Positions 36,762 to 47,484 of a stretch of 64,000 nt of DNA are shown piece by piece (the stretch's first letter is position 1; each line of letters begins with the position of its first letter). Both the position numbers and the translations under genes were made by a program. The notes below the pieces were generated by a model, which did not search any database, was not told the origin of the DNA, and was given only the letters and a program-made list of their open reading frames with translations. Source of the DNA: an uncultured bacterium (GTDB taxonomy: Bacteria; Babelota; Babeliae; Babelales; Babelaceae); the NCBI GenBank assembly GCA_963848965.1, contig CAWKFG010000004.1, positions 192,001 through 256,000 of the forward strand. Reading direction: 5' to 3'.

Positions 36762-38207
36762 TTATTTGTAATTTTGTGGATGCATAGTATGCCATGGTGT
36801 TGCCTGTTCATAGGCATATGCCGCTTGAAACAACTGACCTTCTGATAAATCTGGTCCCATAAGCTGGAAACCTATAGGAAGCATACTTTTAGTAAATCCA
36901 CAAGGAACACTTAATGCAGGAGTTCCCGTTAAGTTGCTTGGAGAAGTAAAATAGTCCTGAAGATCCATCTCTATACTCTCGAGCCCAATTTCTCCAAATT
37001 TAAATGCGGCAATAGGGGTAACCGGACCAAATAAAAGATCAACTTCTTTAAACGCTTTATTAAGCTCATCTCGCATAAGACCTTGTACAATCTTAGCACT
37101 ATTATAAAATTGATCTGCATGTCCTACTGATAACGCATAATTACCGATTAAGATACGCGATTTTACTAAAAATCCAAATCCTTCACCTCGAGTGTTTGTA
37201 TACATTTCGTTAAGAGTCTCACTCTTTTTACTTCTATGCCCATAACGAACTCCGTCAAATCGTGCAAGATTAGACGCAGCTTCTGCACGACTTACAAGAA
37301 AGTATGTTGCAGCACCATGGTCCATCATAGGTAAGGTAAGACGCTTAATACGAGCACCTAGTTTTTCAAAGGTACGTAATGCTTCATTCAAAGCAGCATA
37401 CACCTCTTCATTAAACCCTTGAGCTTCAAGAGCATTATCTATAACTCCTAACGTAAATCCTTCTTTTAACTTTCCTGTTAAATGCTTTGTATAATCTTGT
37501 GGCTCAACAGGTAAACTACTTGAATCATGCACGTCTTTTCCTGCCATTACTGAAAGAATAAGTGCATTATCATAAACTTCACGTGTAAGCACTCCTATTT
37601 GATCTAAAGAAGAAGCATATGCTATAAGACCATAACGAGAGACAAGTCCATATGTTGGCTTTAGTCCTACAATTCCGCAAAATGCAGCCGGTTGTCGTAC
37701 TGAACCTCCTGTTTCTGTGCCTAATGCCCAGGGCACTAGTCCGGCAGCTACAGCAGCTGCAGAGCCACTACTTGATCCTCCTGGAACTCTACTTGTGTCC
37801 CACGGGTTTTTTGTAAGTTGAAATGCAGACGTTTCACCAGAGCTGCCCATAGCAAATTCGTCCATATTTGCTCTTCCAAGAATCGGAGCTCCTGCTTTTT
37901 TAAGCCTTTGTATAACAGTAGCATCATAAGGTGCATTATAACGTTCTAAAATCTTTGATGCACAAGATGCATTACGTCCCTGCTGACAGATATTATCTTT
38001 TATAAGCCCTGGAATACCATTGAGTGTTCCTGGTTGCATACGCTCTGTAATTGATTCAAGATCAAAAATCTGTAAGGCTGCATCGAGGTTTTTATTATGC
38101 TGCAGAAAGCGCTCTCTATAAAAAGAGAGTAACTCAGCTGGTTGTATCTCTTTACTTTCTACTTTTTTTTGTAACGTTCTTATTGAAGCAAATGAAAGTT
38201 CGTTCAT
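36762..38207 (-). CDS. gatA: Asp/Glu-tRNA amidotransferase subunit A, copy 1
   Basis: [35 protein letters not shown]; overlaps gatC stop. Confidence 0.95.
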   Translation of the reverse strand: MNELSFASIRTLQKKVESKEIQPAELLSFYRERFLQHNKNLDAALQIFDLESITERMQPGTLNGIPGLIKDNICQQGRNASCASKILERYNAPYDATVIQRLKKAGAPILGRANMDEFAMGSSGETSAFQLTKNPWDTSRVPGGSSSGSAAAVAAGLVPWALGTETGGSVRQPAAFCGIVGLKPTYGLVSRYGLIAYASSLDQIGVLTREVYDNALILSVMAGKDVHDSSSLPVEPQDYTKHLTGKLKEGFTLGVIDNALEAQGFNEEVYAALNEALRTFEKLGARIKRLTLPMMDHGAATYFLVSRAEAASNLARFDGVRYGHRSKKSETLNEMYTNTRGEGFGFLVKSRILIGNYALSVGHADQFYNSAKIVQGLMRDELNKAFKEVDLLFGPVTPIAAFKFGEIGLESIEMDLQDYFTSPSNLTGTPALSVPCGFTKSMLPIGFQLMGPDLSEGQLFQAAYAYEQATPWHTMHPQNYK

Positions 38208-38500
38208 AAGTCAGGGGTGCCTTTAAGAATCATAGGAACAACAAAATAATTTTCTTCACGCACAGGAGCTCGAGAGAGTATAAGTTCAGGATCAGTTTTT
38301 ATAATCTCATCAGCACGCATTACATTCACATTTTTAGGAAGTGGTTCCGGTTGTGCAGTAGCCGCAACCTCTTTTAAATGTGATGCATAAGAAAGCACCG
38401 CTTCTAGTTTACTCATAAGAGCAGGTATTTCTTCTTCTTGTACCCGTATCTGAGAAATAGCCCCTAAGCGCAGCACATCTTCTTTGGTAATTTTTACCAT
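38204..38500 (-). CDS. gatC: Asp/Glu-tRNA amidotransferase subunit C
   Basis: MVKITKEDV...NVMRAD...AP...YFVVP; directly upstream of gatA. Confidence 0.9.
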   Translation of the reverse strand: MVKITKEDVLRLGAISQIRVQEEEIPALMSKLEAVLSYASHLKEVAATAQPEPLPKNVNVMRADEIIKTDPELILSRAPVREENYFVVPMILKGTPDL

Positions 38501-39927
38501 TAAACACCTTTTAGTGATTGATTTTTCCACTCTTCACTTTTAAACTTGCGAAGATAAATAATACTCATAATAGCATTCCCCACATAGAGGGACCCATATA
38601 TAAGAATAAATTTAATTAAGAGATTATCAATAGGCAAACGAGAAATAAGGTATGAAGTAGGAATAAAATAGAACCCTGTAACAAGCATACGTACTACCAT
38701 TACCGTCCTCATTTGAGCAGCACCGCGCAAAGCTGCAGATAAAATAACTTGTATAAGATCAAAAAACACAAGCATACTCATAAAAGGAACTGTGGCTGCT
38801 GCAAAATCAGTAAATGCATTACCTTTATCAAAAAATGAGAGGAAAAACTGAGGCCACATAAGCAGTGCAAGAAGCAAACAAGAGACAAAGATCGTAGAAA
38901 TTACGAGTACTCTCGTTATATTATGCTTTATTCTTTGCCAACGTTGCGCTTTATAGTCGTTACTCACTAAAAAGGTAATCACTTGTGCAAACGCTATACC
39001 AGGTAATATAGAAACCTGTAAAGCGAGCTTCATAAAAGAGTAGGTAGGTAATATAGAGCATGCAGCATCAGGTGGCGCCCCTTTTACCATACAAGCGACC
39101 ATCTTGGCAAGCCAAATATAACATAAAGCAAAACTAGCTTTATCTATCATAACAGGCCAACTTAAGTGCAGTAACGATTTTAACGTTGCCCATTTAATAG
39201 GTGAAAAAAACTGCAATGTATATTTACGACTTTCAGCACTAGTACAGACATACCATAAAGCACCTATAAGCATAACAGAATACTGAATAACATAGGCGAG
39301 TGCAGACCCTTGAAAGCCCATACAAGGAAAGCCCCACGCACCAAAAATAAGAGCATAATCAAAAAATAAAAATACTGCAGCTCCTACAACAAACAGAAGC
39401 ATTGGTACTCGTGTATTTTTAATGCCGCGTAAAAAACCAAGAAGCGAGAAATAAATAAACGTAAAAAACACACCAACAGCACGTAATCGCAAGAAAGGGA
39501 CACCAAGCTCAACCATCTCTTGTGGAACACCATAAAATGCATATATAGCACATGCGCCCCAATAAAGAGAGAGAGCAATGAGACCACCTAATATCATTGT
39601 TATCCAAAAAGCATCAGTAGCCGTTTTGCCTGTTTTGTAATAAGCCTCTATACCATTATGTTGACCACACAATACTACCATACCGACTGAAAATCCATCT
39701 GCAATCTTTGTTATAAAATGGACCAAGGTATCAGTAACACCTAAGGTAGCATAAGCAGAACTATTTCCTAATACAGCAATAAATCTGCTATCAATAAGAG
39801 TAAGAGCGGTATAGAGCAAAAACGCAGTTATAAACTCTGGGTAAAAGTATCTCCAAAGGGCACTATAACTCTCTCCTTGCTCGTGCGCGTGTACAGTATT
39901 CGTTACCGTAAAAGTCTTTTTCATCAT
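38500..39927 (-). CDS. MATE family efflux transporter
   Basis: About 12 TMs; GFLRGIKNTRVP, GSALA, ALRGA motifs. Confidence 0.9.
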   Translation of the reverse strand: MMKKTFTVTNTVHAHEQGESYSALWRYFYPEFITAFLLYTALTLIDSRFIAVLGNSSAYATLGVTDTLVHFITKIADGFSVGMVVLCGQHNGIEAYYKTGKTATDAFWITMILGGLIALSLYWGACAIYAFYGVPQEMVELGVPFLRLRAVGVFFTFIYFSLLGFLRGIKNTRVPMLLFVVGAAVFLFFDYALIFGAWGFPCMGFQGSALAYVIQYSVMLIGALWYVCTSAESRKYTLQFFSPIKWATLKSLLHLSWPVMIDKASFALCYIWLAKMVACMVKGAPPDAACSILPTYSFMKLALQVSILPGIAFAQVITFLVSNDYKAQRWQRIKHNITRVLVISTIFVSCLLLALLMWPQFFLSFFDKGNAFTDFAAATVPFMSMLVFFDLIQVILSAALRGAAQMRTVMVVRMLVTGFYFIPTSYLISRLPIDNLLIKFILIYGSLYVGNAIMSIIYLRKFKSEEWKNQSLKGV

Positions 39928-40010
39928 TCACCTTCGGTAAACAGTTGTAGCTCTTTGCTATCACAATCCATTGTACTGTATAATCCTTTGTTCATCACGT
40001 CAACCATTGC

Positions 40011-40649
40011 TCAAGGAGTAACAGGCCTTCTCAAGAATACTAATTTTCTCTTCTTATTACCAAGAGTATACCATTCTTCTTTTTCTACAAGCGGTACCTC
40101 CTTTTCATGAGGGACCCAATCCTTTGATGCCCAGTAGACAAGCAATGCATCTTTATAAAGACTTGAAGGCTTAAACATACGTAGCAGTTCAGCAGGTTGC
40201 AATGAAGCACGAGCACAAAAAATTTCAATGTTATATACTGTTTTTCTTAAAAAAGTACGCCAATCTAAGTCATATACCTCTACTGAATCTAAACCAAGCC
40301 GCTCTATAACATCATATAAAAATTGTATTTTTTTATGATTTACTTCAATCAAAACAAGTGCTAGATGAGGATACTTAATCTTGAGTGGTAATGCAGGAAA
40401 CCCTGCACCAGTACCAACATCACATAAAGATCGTATCTTCTTACAGTCGATAAATTGATCTAATGCAAGAGAGTCATCAAAATGATCTGAAAGCACTCGT
40501 TTCAGGTCTGTAATAGCAGTGAGATTATGAATATCGTTCGTTTCTACTACCATACGGTAATACTGTTGAAATTGCTCAGTTTGCTCTGCTGTAAGAGCAT
40601 GGCGCTCTATAAATGATGCCCACAATTGAGAAGAAGATTCGTTTTTCAT
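40011..40649 (-). CDS. rsmG: 16S rRNA (guanine-527-N7)-methyltransferase
   Basis: NLTAI, HFDDSL, DVGTGAGFP, KK..FL motifs. Confidence 0.92.
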   Translation of the reverse strand: MKNESSSQLWASFIERHALTAEQTEQFQQYYRMVVETNDIHNLTAITDLKRVLSDHFDDSLALDQFIDCKKIRSLCDVGTGAGFPALPLKIKYPHLALVLIEVNHKKIQFLYDVIERLGLDSVEVYDLDWRTFLRKTVYNIEIFCARASLQPAELLRMFKPSSLYKDALLVYWASKDWVPHEKEVPLVEKEEWYTLGNKKRKLVFLRRPVTP

Positions 40650-40722
40650 AATGCAATCTAGACTTTGTTAAAGATTGTTTGTTACAGTTACTATAGTTTT
40701 ACCATTATATAAAGGGATAGTT

Positions 40723-41451
40723 ATGAAAAAATTACACCTTTTAAGTTTACTCTTTTTTCAGTGTACCATATTTTCCATAGTTGCTGAAATTCCTCCGCAT
40801 ATTATAACCTTTTTTATTCGTCCTTTACCGCCTGCTTATAAAGAAGCAGATCTTGCAAAACTTGAACGCTCTATAAGCTCTCCTGAAAAAATTGTAAAAA
40901 CCCTTATTAAAAAAGAAATTAACACACTACATCTCTATTCTGGTATCTATTCAAGCTATGGCGGTACCTTTGCTGTCTCTGATATGAACGGGCAAGTGGC
41001 CTTTGGCCGCAAAACTCCAGGACCGCGTCTTCATCTTATCGTTACTGAAGATATCAAAGCAGTACCAGTAAATCCGCTACGCAATAAAACGCTTCTTGGT
41101 TTTGTTCCAGATCCTAAAGCAGCTCTTCAATATTATCATTATGAACGCAAACAAGATCCAGAAACAGAACTTTACTCGTGGATTGTTACCGAAGAGCCGT
41201 TTGCAAAAAACAAGCGTATCCCTGTAGATGCTATTATTATTTTTGCACACCCTCGCCATATTGTTGTTCCTATAGGAACGACTCATACAACAGAGAGTGA
41301 AAACCTTGTATTACCAGACATTTTTACTACACACAATCTTACTTCGGCCCTTAATGCTCTCCGTTTCTTTAAAATACGTCATTATTTTTCCCGTGTAAAA
41401 ATAGTATATAAATTCCAACCAGATGGGTATCAGCAAAGGGTAAGTAATTAA
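40723..41451 (+). CDS. Secreted hypothetical protein
   Basis: Signal peptide from ATG 40723; no recognised domain. Confidence 0.7.
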   Translation: MKKLHLLSLLFFQCTIFSIVAEIPPHIITFFIRPLPPAYKEADLAKLERSISSPEKIVKTLIKKEINTLHLYSGIYSSYGGTFAVSDMNGQVAFGRKTPGPRLHLIVTEDIKAVPVNPLRNKTLLGFVPDPKAALQYYHYERKQDPETELYSWIVTEEPFAKNKRIPVDAIIIFAHPRHIVVPIGTTHTTESENLVLPDIFTTHNLTSALNALRFFKIRHYFSRVKIVYKFQPDGYQQRVSN

Positions 41452-41529
41452 CGCTATTTTTTTCAGATGGAAAAAATAGTGCTATACTAAAAGAAGTCTC
41501 AGCCTGAAAGTTTAAAAGGAACCGGTTTT

Positions 41530-42156
41530 ATGAAGTTACAAATTGCCTTTGACTTGATAGATAGTGATAAAGCACTTTCAATAGCAGCAGATACCGAATC
41601 ATATGCAGATATTTTTGAAGTTGGATCACTGCTTATTTATAAGTATGGAGATGTCGCTATTAAACGATTTAAAGAAAAGTTTCCTCATAAACTCCTTCTT
41701 GCTGATGCTAAAATTGTAGATCGTAGTAAAGATGCAGTAACACTCTTTGCTCAAGCAGGAGCTGACTGGATCACCGTTATGGCAGGAGCAGGAAAAAACG
41801 TTATACATACTGCCTGTACAATTGCTCACGAGCTTGGTAAAAAGATTATGCTTGATCTAGCTGATGCAAGTTCATTAGGCCAGTCTGCTTTAGAAGCTAA
41901 GAGTCTTGGCGTTGATGCTCTGCTGTTTCATAAACCAACTGAAGAAGATGAACAGTTGCTTTTTGCAGATCGTTGGGAAATGGTACGTGGTAATACCACC
42001 CTTCCTATCTTTATTTCTGCTGCCACTACCAGAGAGAATATTGCAGAACTTATTGCCATAGGTGCCTCTGGAATTATCATAGGTAATGCTATAATACGAT
42101 CAGATAACCCTCAACAAGAAGCTGCTTACTTTGCAAGCATTATGGGACGACGTTAA
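41530..42156 (+). CDS. Hexulose-6-phosphate synthase/KGPDC-like protein (OMP decarboxylase superfamily)
   Basis: MKLQIAFD, FEVG, ADAKIVD, AGADWITV motifs. Confidence 0.85.
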   Translation: MKLQIAFDLIDSDKALSIAADTESYADIFEVGSLLIYKYGDVAIKRFKEKFPHKLLLADAKIVDRSKDAVTLFAQAGADWITVMAGAGKNVIHTACTIAHELGKKIMLDLADASSLGQSALEAKSLGVDALLFHKPTEEDEQLLFADRWEMVRGNTTLPIFISAATTRENIAELIAIGASGIIIGNAIIRSDNPQQEAAYFASIMGRR

Positions 42157-42288
42157 GTCTGTAACTGCTTGCTTTTCTTTTATTTTTTTAAACTTTTTCA
42201 CTTGACATTTGACTTTTTGAAATTAACCTTTTTAATATAAAAATATAAGCATGCCCAAAAAGGCCTTACGTAAAAAAAATGAAGTGTT

Positions 42289-44565
42289 ATGAAAAAATTA
42301 TTAATTGTTGAGTCGCCCGCAAAAATTAAAACTATCTCTAAGTTTTTAGGCAAAGACTTTAAGATAATGTCCACGTTAGGACATATTAAAGATTTGCCTC
42401 AGCGTGAATTTGGTGTGAGTTTTAAGCCTACTATTGATCTTCATTATGTAGTGCTTGAAGGAAAAGAGAAAACGCTTGAAGATATTCGAAAAGAAGCACA
42501 AAAAGCTGATGCAATCTACTTGGCACCTGATCCAGACCGTGAAGGTGAAATCATTGCATGGCATGTAGAACAAGAAATTGCAAAGCTTGTTAAAGATAAG
42601 AATCATATTCACCGTATTACATTTAACGAAATTACAAAGCCAGCAATAGAAGAAGCGCTTGCTAACCCTACTGACGTTGATCTTAACAAGGTGGCAGCAC
42701 AACAAGCACGTCGTATTCTCGATAGGCTCGTAGGATATGAAGTATCTCCTATACTATGGAAAAAAGTTGCTAAAGGTCTTTCTGCAGGCCGCGTACAATC
42801 AGTGGCACTGAAACTTATTTGCGATCGTGAAGACGAGATCAAAACTTTTAAGCAAGAAGAGTATTGGACCATAGACGGTCTCTTTGCTTCTAAAAGCGGT
42901 ACTTTTACAGCTACTTTAGCAACAATCAATAAAAAGAAACCGACTATTACAAACGAAAAGGAAGCTCATAAAATAAGCGAAGAGATTCGCAAAGCACGCT
43001 TTGTAGTTGAATCGATTAAAGATTCTAAGCGGCTTAGAAATCCAGCGCCACCCTTTATGACAAGTACTTTACAACAGAGTGCTTATAATCAGCTTGGTTT
43101 TTCTGTACAACGTACTATGCAGGTAGCACAAAACCTCTATGAAGGGATCCCTCTTGATGATGCATCAACGCCTGTAGCGCTTATTACTTATATGCGTACT
43201 GATTCATTACGTATTTCTGATATTGCACTCAAGCAAGCACGAACCTTTATCCCTAAAGTATATGGTAAAGAGTATTTACCAGAGAAAGCACAAATTTATG
43301 CTAAAGGTAAAAAAGGACAAGATGCGCATGAAGCTATAAGGCCCATTGATGTAACTCTTACTCCTGAAAAAGTAAGCAAATATTTACCTTCAGATACAGC
43401 AAAACTGTATGAACTTATTTGGTGCAGATTTGTAGCAAGTCAGGTTAAACCTGCACAGTATGCACAGCGCCAGGTAACTATTGTTGGAGAGCCTGCTGGT
43501 AAAGGGCAATTTGTCTTTAAAGTTACCGGTTCTACTCTTATTTTTGATGGATTCTTAAAAGTATATAATCCAGATGAAGCTGATAAAGAAGAAGATACTA
43601 CAAAAGTAGTTATTCCTAAAGATTTAGAAAAAGATGAACTTTTAGACCTTGAGAAAGTTTCTCCAAAGCAGCATTTTACACAACCGCCACCACGATATAC
43701 TGAAGCTTCGCTTGTCAAAGAGCTTGAGCGTGAAGGAATTGGACGACCAAGTACTTATGCAACTATTTTAAAAACAATTCAAGCACGTTCATATACAACC
43801 TTAGATACTAAAAAACGGTTTGTTCCAACAGAGTTAGGCGCTGTTGTTACTAAGATGCTTACTGAAAATCTTCCTAAAATTATGGATGTCAGTTTTACTG
43901 CACGTATGGAAGAGGATCTTGATAAAATTGCGCAAGGTAACTTACAACGAGATACCCTTATTAATGATTTCTACGGAGACTTTGAAAAAGATTTAGAAGT
44001 ATTTAGAGGTGAAGCCAAAAAAGTTGTAGAACAGACTGATATTACCTGTCCACGTTGCCATGAAGGAAAACTCTTAATTCGCTTTGGAAAAGCAGGACCA
44101 TTTGCAGGATGTAGTAACTTTCCTAAATGTACCTTCACCAGCAACTTTGAGCGTCTTGACGATGGCTCTATTAAACTTATTACTCCTGAAGAGCCTAAGT
44201 TGCTTACTACTAAGTGTCCTGTATGCCAAAAACCATTGCGACAAATGCAGGGTAGATTTGGTCCTTTTGTTGCTTGCTCAGGATACCCTGGTTGCAAATA
44301 TATTCAGCCGGTAAAAGCAGACTTTAAATGTACGCAGTGTGGTAAAGGTGATCTTGTACAAAAAATTTGGCGTGGTAGCAAGTTCTGGGGCTGTAGTACC
44401 TACCCTGAATGTAACTTTTCTATCTCAGGTGAGATTGAAGGGACACCATGCGAGAAATGTAAAGCTCCCTATATGCTCAGACGTGTTGATAAAGAAGGTA
44501 ACATTACCTTTGTGTGTGGCAATAAAACATGCGGTTTTAAGAAAGCAGCACCCACAGAGCATTAA
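42289..44565 (+). CDS. topA: DNA topoisomerase I
   Basis: IVESPAK, DPDREGE, SAGRVQS, ITYMRTDS, C-terminal zinc ribbons. Confidence 0.97.
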   Translation: MKKLLIVESPAKIKTISKFLGKDFKIMSTLGHIKDLPQREFGVSFKPTIDLHYVVLEGKEKTLEDIRKEAQKADAIYLAPDPDREGEIIAWHVEQEIAKLVKDKNHIHRITFNEITKPAIEEALANPTDVDLNKVAAQQARRILDRLVGYEVSPILWKKVAKGLSAGRVQSVALKLICDREDEIKTFKQEEYWTIDGLFASKSGTFTATLATINKKKPTITNEKEAHKISEEIRKARFVVESIKDSKRLRNPAPPFMTSTLQQSAYNQLGFSVQRTMQVAQNLYEGIPLDDASTPVALITYMRTDSLRISDIALKQARTFIPKVYGKEYLPEKAQIYAKGKKGQDAHEAIRPIDVTLTPEKVSKYLPSDTAKLYELIWCRFVASQVKPAQYAQRQVTIVGEPAGKGQFVFKVTGSTLIFDGFLKVYNPDEADKEEDTTKVVIPKDLEKDELLDLEKVSPKQHFTQPPPRYTEASLVKELEREGIGRPSTYATILKTIQARSYTTLDTKKRFVPTELGAVVTKMLTENLPKIMDVSFTARMEEDLDKIAQGNLQRDTLINDFYGDFEKDLEVFRGEAKKVVEQTDITCPRCHEGKLLIRFGKAGPFAGCSNFPKCTFTSNFERLDDGSIKLITPEEPKLLTTKCPVCQKPLRQMQGRFGPFVACSGYPGCKYIQPVKADFKCTQCGKGDLVQKIWRGSKFWGCSTYPECNFSISGEIEGTPCEKCKAPYMLRRVDKEGNITFVCGNKTCGFKKAAPTEH

Positions 44566-45153
44566 TTATCTAGCATTCGAAACTATATCTACAGGTTCTT
44601 TAAGCTCTTTATGAAAAAATTTGTAGCTAAAACCGAAAATAGATGCTGAGACTACAACTGTTATTATATCTTTTACTGGCCCTTGAGGTTTAAATGGTGG
44701 TGCATATGCTGCACCTCCTGCACTTTGAATTTCTTTTATTCTTAGAGCTCCATGCTCACTTAAGCGCCTAAGCTTCGCAATCTCTACCAGTTTTTTTGCC
44801 TCTTTTAATGGAATTTCCTGCCAAAACATAGTCCCTGCGATTGCTATCTTTTCTTCATCAAGAAAATCTTCTATAACTAATGCTTGGCGCGGCTTTATAG
44901 CAAAAATATAGGTTGCATCTACATACATACCTTTAAGTATTGGAGCAAGCTGTTTTATAGGATGAGGAAATACTAGTATTTCAGGAGTGTTCTCAGAAAC
45001 TATCTCGTTTTTATAAACTCTTACATCATTATAGGTAACGAGCTTTACCACAATATCTTTACTATAGTTGTTAACAAGTTTTAAATCGTAGACACAGAGC
45101 GCTGTAACACTATAACTAATACCTGCTAGTAAGCATACTACTGTTTTTAACAT
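44566..45153 (-). CDS. Secreted hypothetical protein
   Basis: Signal-peptide-like N-terminus. Confidence 0.65.
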   Translation of the reverse strand: MLKTVVCLLAGISYSVTALCVYDLKLVNNYSKDIVVKLVTYNDVRVYKNEIVSENTPEILVFPHPIKQLAPILKGMYVDATYIFAIKPRQALVIEDFLDEEKIAIAGTMFWQEIPLKEAKKLVEIAKLRRLSEHGALRIKEIQSAGGAAYAPPFKPQGPVKDIITVVVSASIFGFSYKFFHKELKEPVDIVSNAR

Positions 45154-45377
45154 AAAAACCTTTATAAGTAACTGTTTACTTTCAGAGTATCATTTTTCCT
45201 AGAGTTTTCAATTTTTGCTTCACCTAAAACACCGTTCTAAAATATCTTTTACCGTACTGTTTTCTTCTCTATAACGTAGCTTAAGCGAATTAATAATACG
45301 ACTATTCTTTACCAGTTGCTCCTCACAAAAACTTCCCTATACTTAACTTAGGAAATCTTGTAACAGAAAGGATTAAT

Positions 45378-46001
45378 ATGCAAAAAATAGCACTTATCTT
45401 AGGAATGTTTAGCTTTTTTTCACTCATTGCAGATACTTCATCACTCTCTCCTCACATGGATCTTATATATGCAGTAAGACAATTAGATTATAGTAAAGTC
45501 TCGCAGCTCTTAGAAAAAGAAAAAGCGCTTCCTGCAGAACTTCAAAACGGACTTATTCGTGAAATTGATACTCTTATAGAAAAGGAAAAAAAGTCACATT
45601 GGAGTAAAGGATTTGCTAATCTCATAGTCGGTATTCCTCTTTCTATTATCTCTTTACGATTTCTCAACAAAGCATACGAGCACAATGTTGATAGAGAAGA
45701 TTCTCTAAAAGAGCTTGCACGCAGATTTATCAAAGTACAGCCTACAAAAGTCGCAGTTGCTCGTGAAGGCACAGGAGTATATGTTACTAATCTGCCATTA
45801 GTTGCTGTTGCTGGATTTTTGAGTGCAGTTGGCGCTCAAGCGGTACTTAAGGGTATAACATCTTTTTTCTCTGGTGAAAGCAAAAATTACTTTAAAGCGT
45901 TAGCTATGAAAAGTCTTATAGAAAACAAAGTCGTTTTTAGCAAGAAAAAGCTGTCTGTACAGTGGGATCCAAGTATCTTTGAAACTGATATACAATCATA
46001 A
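45378..46001 (+). CDS. Secreted/membrane hypothetical protein with two internal hydrophobic segments
   Basis: Signal peptide, two TM-like stretches. Confidence 0.65.
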   Translation: MQKIALILGMFSFFSLIADTSSLSPHMDLIYAVRQLDYSKVSQLLEKEKALPAELQNGLIREIDTLIEKEKKSHWSKGFANLIVGIPLSIISLRFLNKAYEHNVDREDSLKELARRFIKVQPTKVAVAREGTGVYVTNLPLVAVAGFLSAVGAQAVLKGITSFFSGESKNYFKALAMKSLIENKVVFSKKKLSVQWDPSIFETDIQS

Positions 46002-46012
46002 ATAAGCTTACG

Positions 46013-46038
46013 AAAAGAGGACCTTAAGGTCCTCTTTT
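46013..46038. terminator. Bidirectional intrinsic terminator
   Basis: AAAAGAGGACC/GGTCCTCTTTT hairpin. Confidence 0.78.
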
Positions 46039-47357
46039 TACATAATAGTTGGCAAGGTAAATTTAAAGGGAGCTTTTTTTGGATACAGTATAGAAACTAT
46101 CTCACGAATACTTAATCTATCAACAATAGAATAGAGATCCCATATTGATATAACACCATTATTAGCAGTGCTCAACATATACCGTCCATCTGGGCTAAAG
46201 CATAACGAAGAAATACCATCGTAATGAACATTATAATCTTTAAGTTCAATCAAATCATTCTTTATCTTCCTTGCTATAAACACAGTATTGTGTAAAGAAC
46301 TTGCCGCTATATAGTTATTTTGTGGATGAAGTGCAATACAGGAAACAGGTGGCCAAATTATACCGTAACCGCAATAAGATACAGCTCCATACTCATTATC
46401 TTTGGTAGCATAGACCTTTATCGCCCCGTTTTTATAACCTACTATAGCTTCTCTACCTCCCGGGGTAAAGTTCACAGCAGTGATAGCTCTTTGACTGCTC
46501 TTTGCAAGCAAATGAGTAGCTACAAAATTCCCTCTCCAATTTATAAGTACTCCTGCATACTGATGGTAAAGTTCGTTACGGCCACTATCATATCCTACAA
46601 GCAGTTGTTTACTTTGAGTGTGAAATACTGCGCAAGTGAGGTAAATATTCCTATGTTGCGGAAAAAATCCTAGCAAATTACTTGTATTTGTACATTGCCA
46701 GGTAGTGGGTGACCATGTGCGCATAGTAAAATCTTTAGAAAAAGAAAAAAATCGAGTAATTCCTGATGAGTTATATTCAAATGCCACAGCTATAACAGAT
46801 TGTGTATGTCCTCGTAAAACTGCAAGACATTTATTTTCGCTTATATCCCACACAGCAATAGTTGCGTCCTTAGAACCTGTAAGAGCATATTTACCATCTC
46901 TGCTAATAGTCAAACAGGTAATTGGTCCTTTGTGTGCTTGCAATGTTTGCGCTTGCATAGTACTTTTGTTAAGGACATATACATTACCATCCTCCGCTCC
47001 TAAAACAATAAAATGTCCATTGGGCGTAAATGACGAACAAGTAAAGGTAGTTACATAAGTAAGGCCCGGTAGAGTAACTTGCGCTAAAGTTGGCATATGT
47101 GATGAGCCTTTAAAAAGAGCGTGATAATAGTTCTTAAAAAAATAGTTACGAAGGTTGTTTTGCACACCTGCATCCAAAGCCTCTAAACTTTTTAACAACA
47201 ATTCTTGTTTCTTAAACGATGCTTGTTTCAATAATGTATCAATGGTAGAGCATGACGACTGTACTAAAGACTTTACATGCGACTGTGGGTCCATTGCTTT
47301 AAGACCAAAGAGAGGCATGAACACTAATAGGGTTATAAAAATATTTTTAAACATCAT
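46038..47357 (-). CDS. Secreted WD40-repeat protein
   Basis: Signal peptide LKA|MD; AHKGPIT...TGSKDATIAVWD, GHTQSV, FSPDG...SIWD repeats. Confidence 0.9.
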   Translation of the reverse strand: MMFKNIFITLLVFMPLFGLKAMDPQSHVKSLVQSSCSTIDTLLKQASFKKQELLLKSLEALDAGVQNNLRNYFFKNYYHALFKGSSHMPTLAQVTLPGLTYVTTFTCSSFTPNGHFIVLGAEDGNVYVLNKSTMQAQTLQAHKGPITCLTISRDGKYALTGSKDATIAVWDISENKCLAVLRGHTQSVIAVAFEYNSSGITRFFSFSKDFTMRTWSPTTWQCTNTSNLLGFFPQHRNIYLTCAVFHTQSKQLLVGYDSGRNELYHQYAGVLINWRGNFVATHLLAKSSQRAITAVNFTPGGREAIVGYKNGAIKVYATKDNEYGAVSYCGYGIIWPPVSCIALHPQNNYIAASSLHNTVFIARKIKNDLIELKDYNVHYDGISSLCFSPDGRYMLSTANNGVISIWDLYSIVDRLSIREIVSILYPKKAPFKFTLPTIM

Positions 47358-47484
47358 AGCACTATAATCCTTGAATAATTTTTTATGATAATTATTATAA
47401 TATCTATTATAAAATAAATTATAATTTATGCAAGAAACAATATGCTTATTTGATGATATAGCCAGTAGTTCACGAAAACAACCT

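Noticed and set aside
35295..38207. gatA duplication as an assembly artefact
   Set aside because: Copies differ at many positions along their whole length with both frames intact
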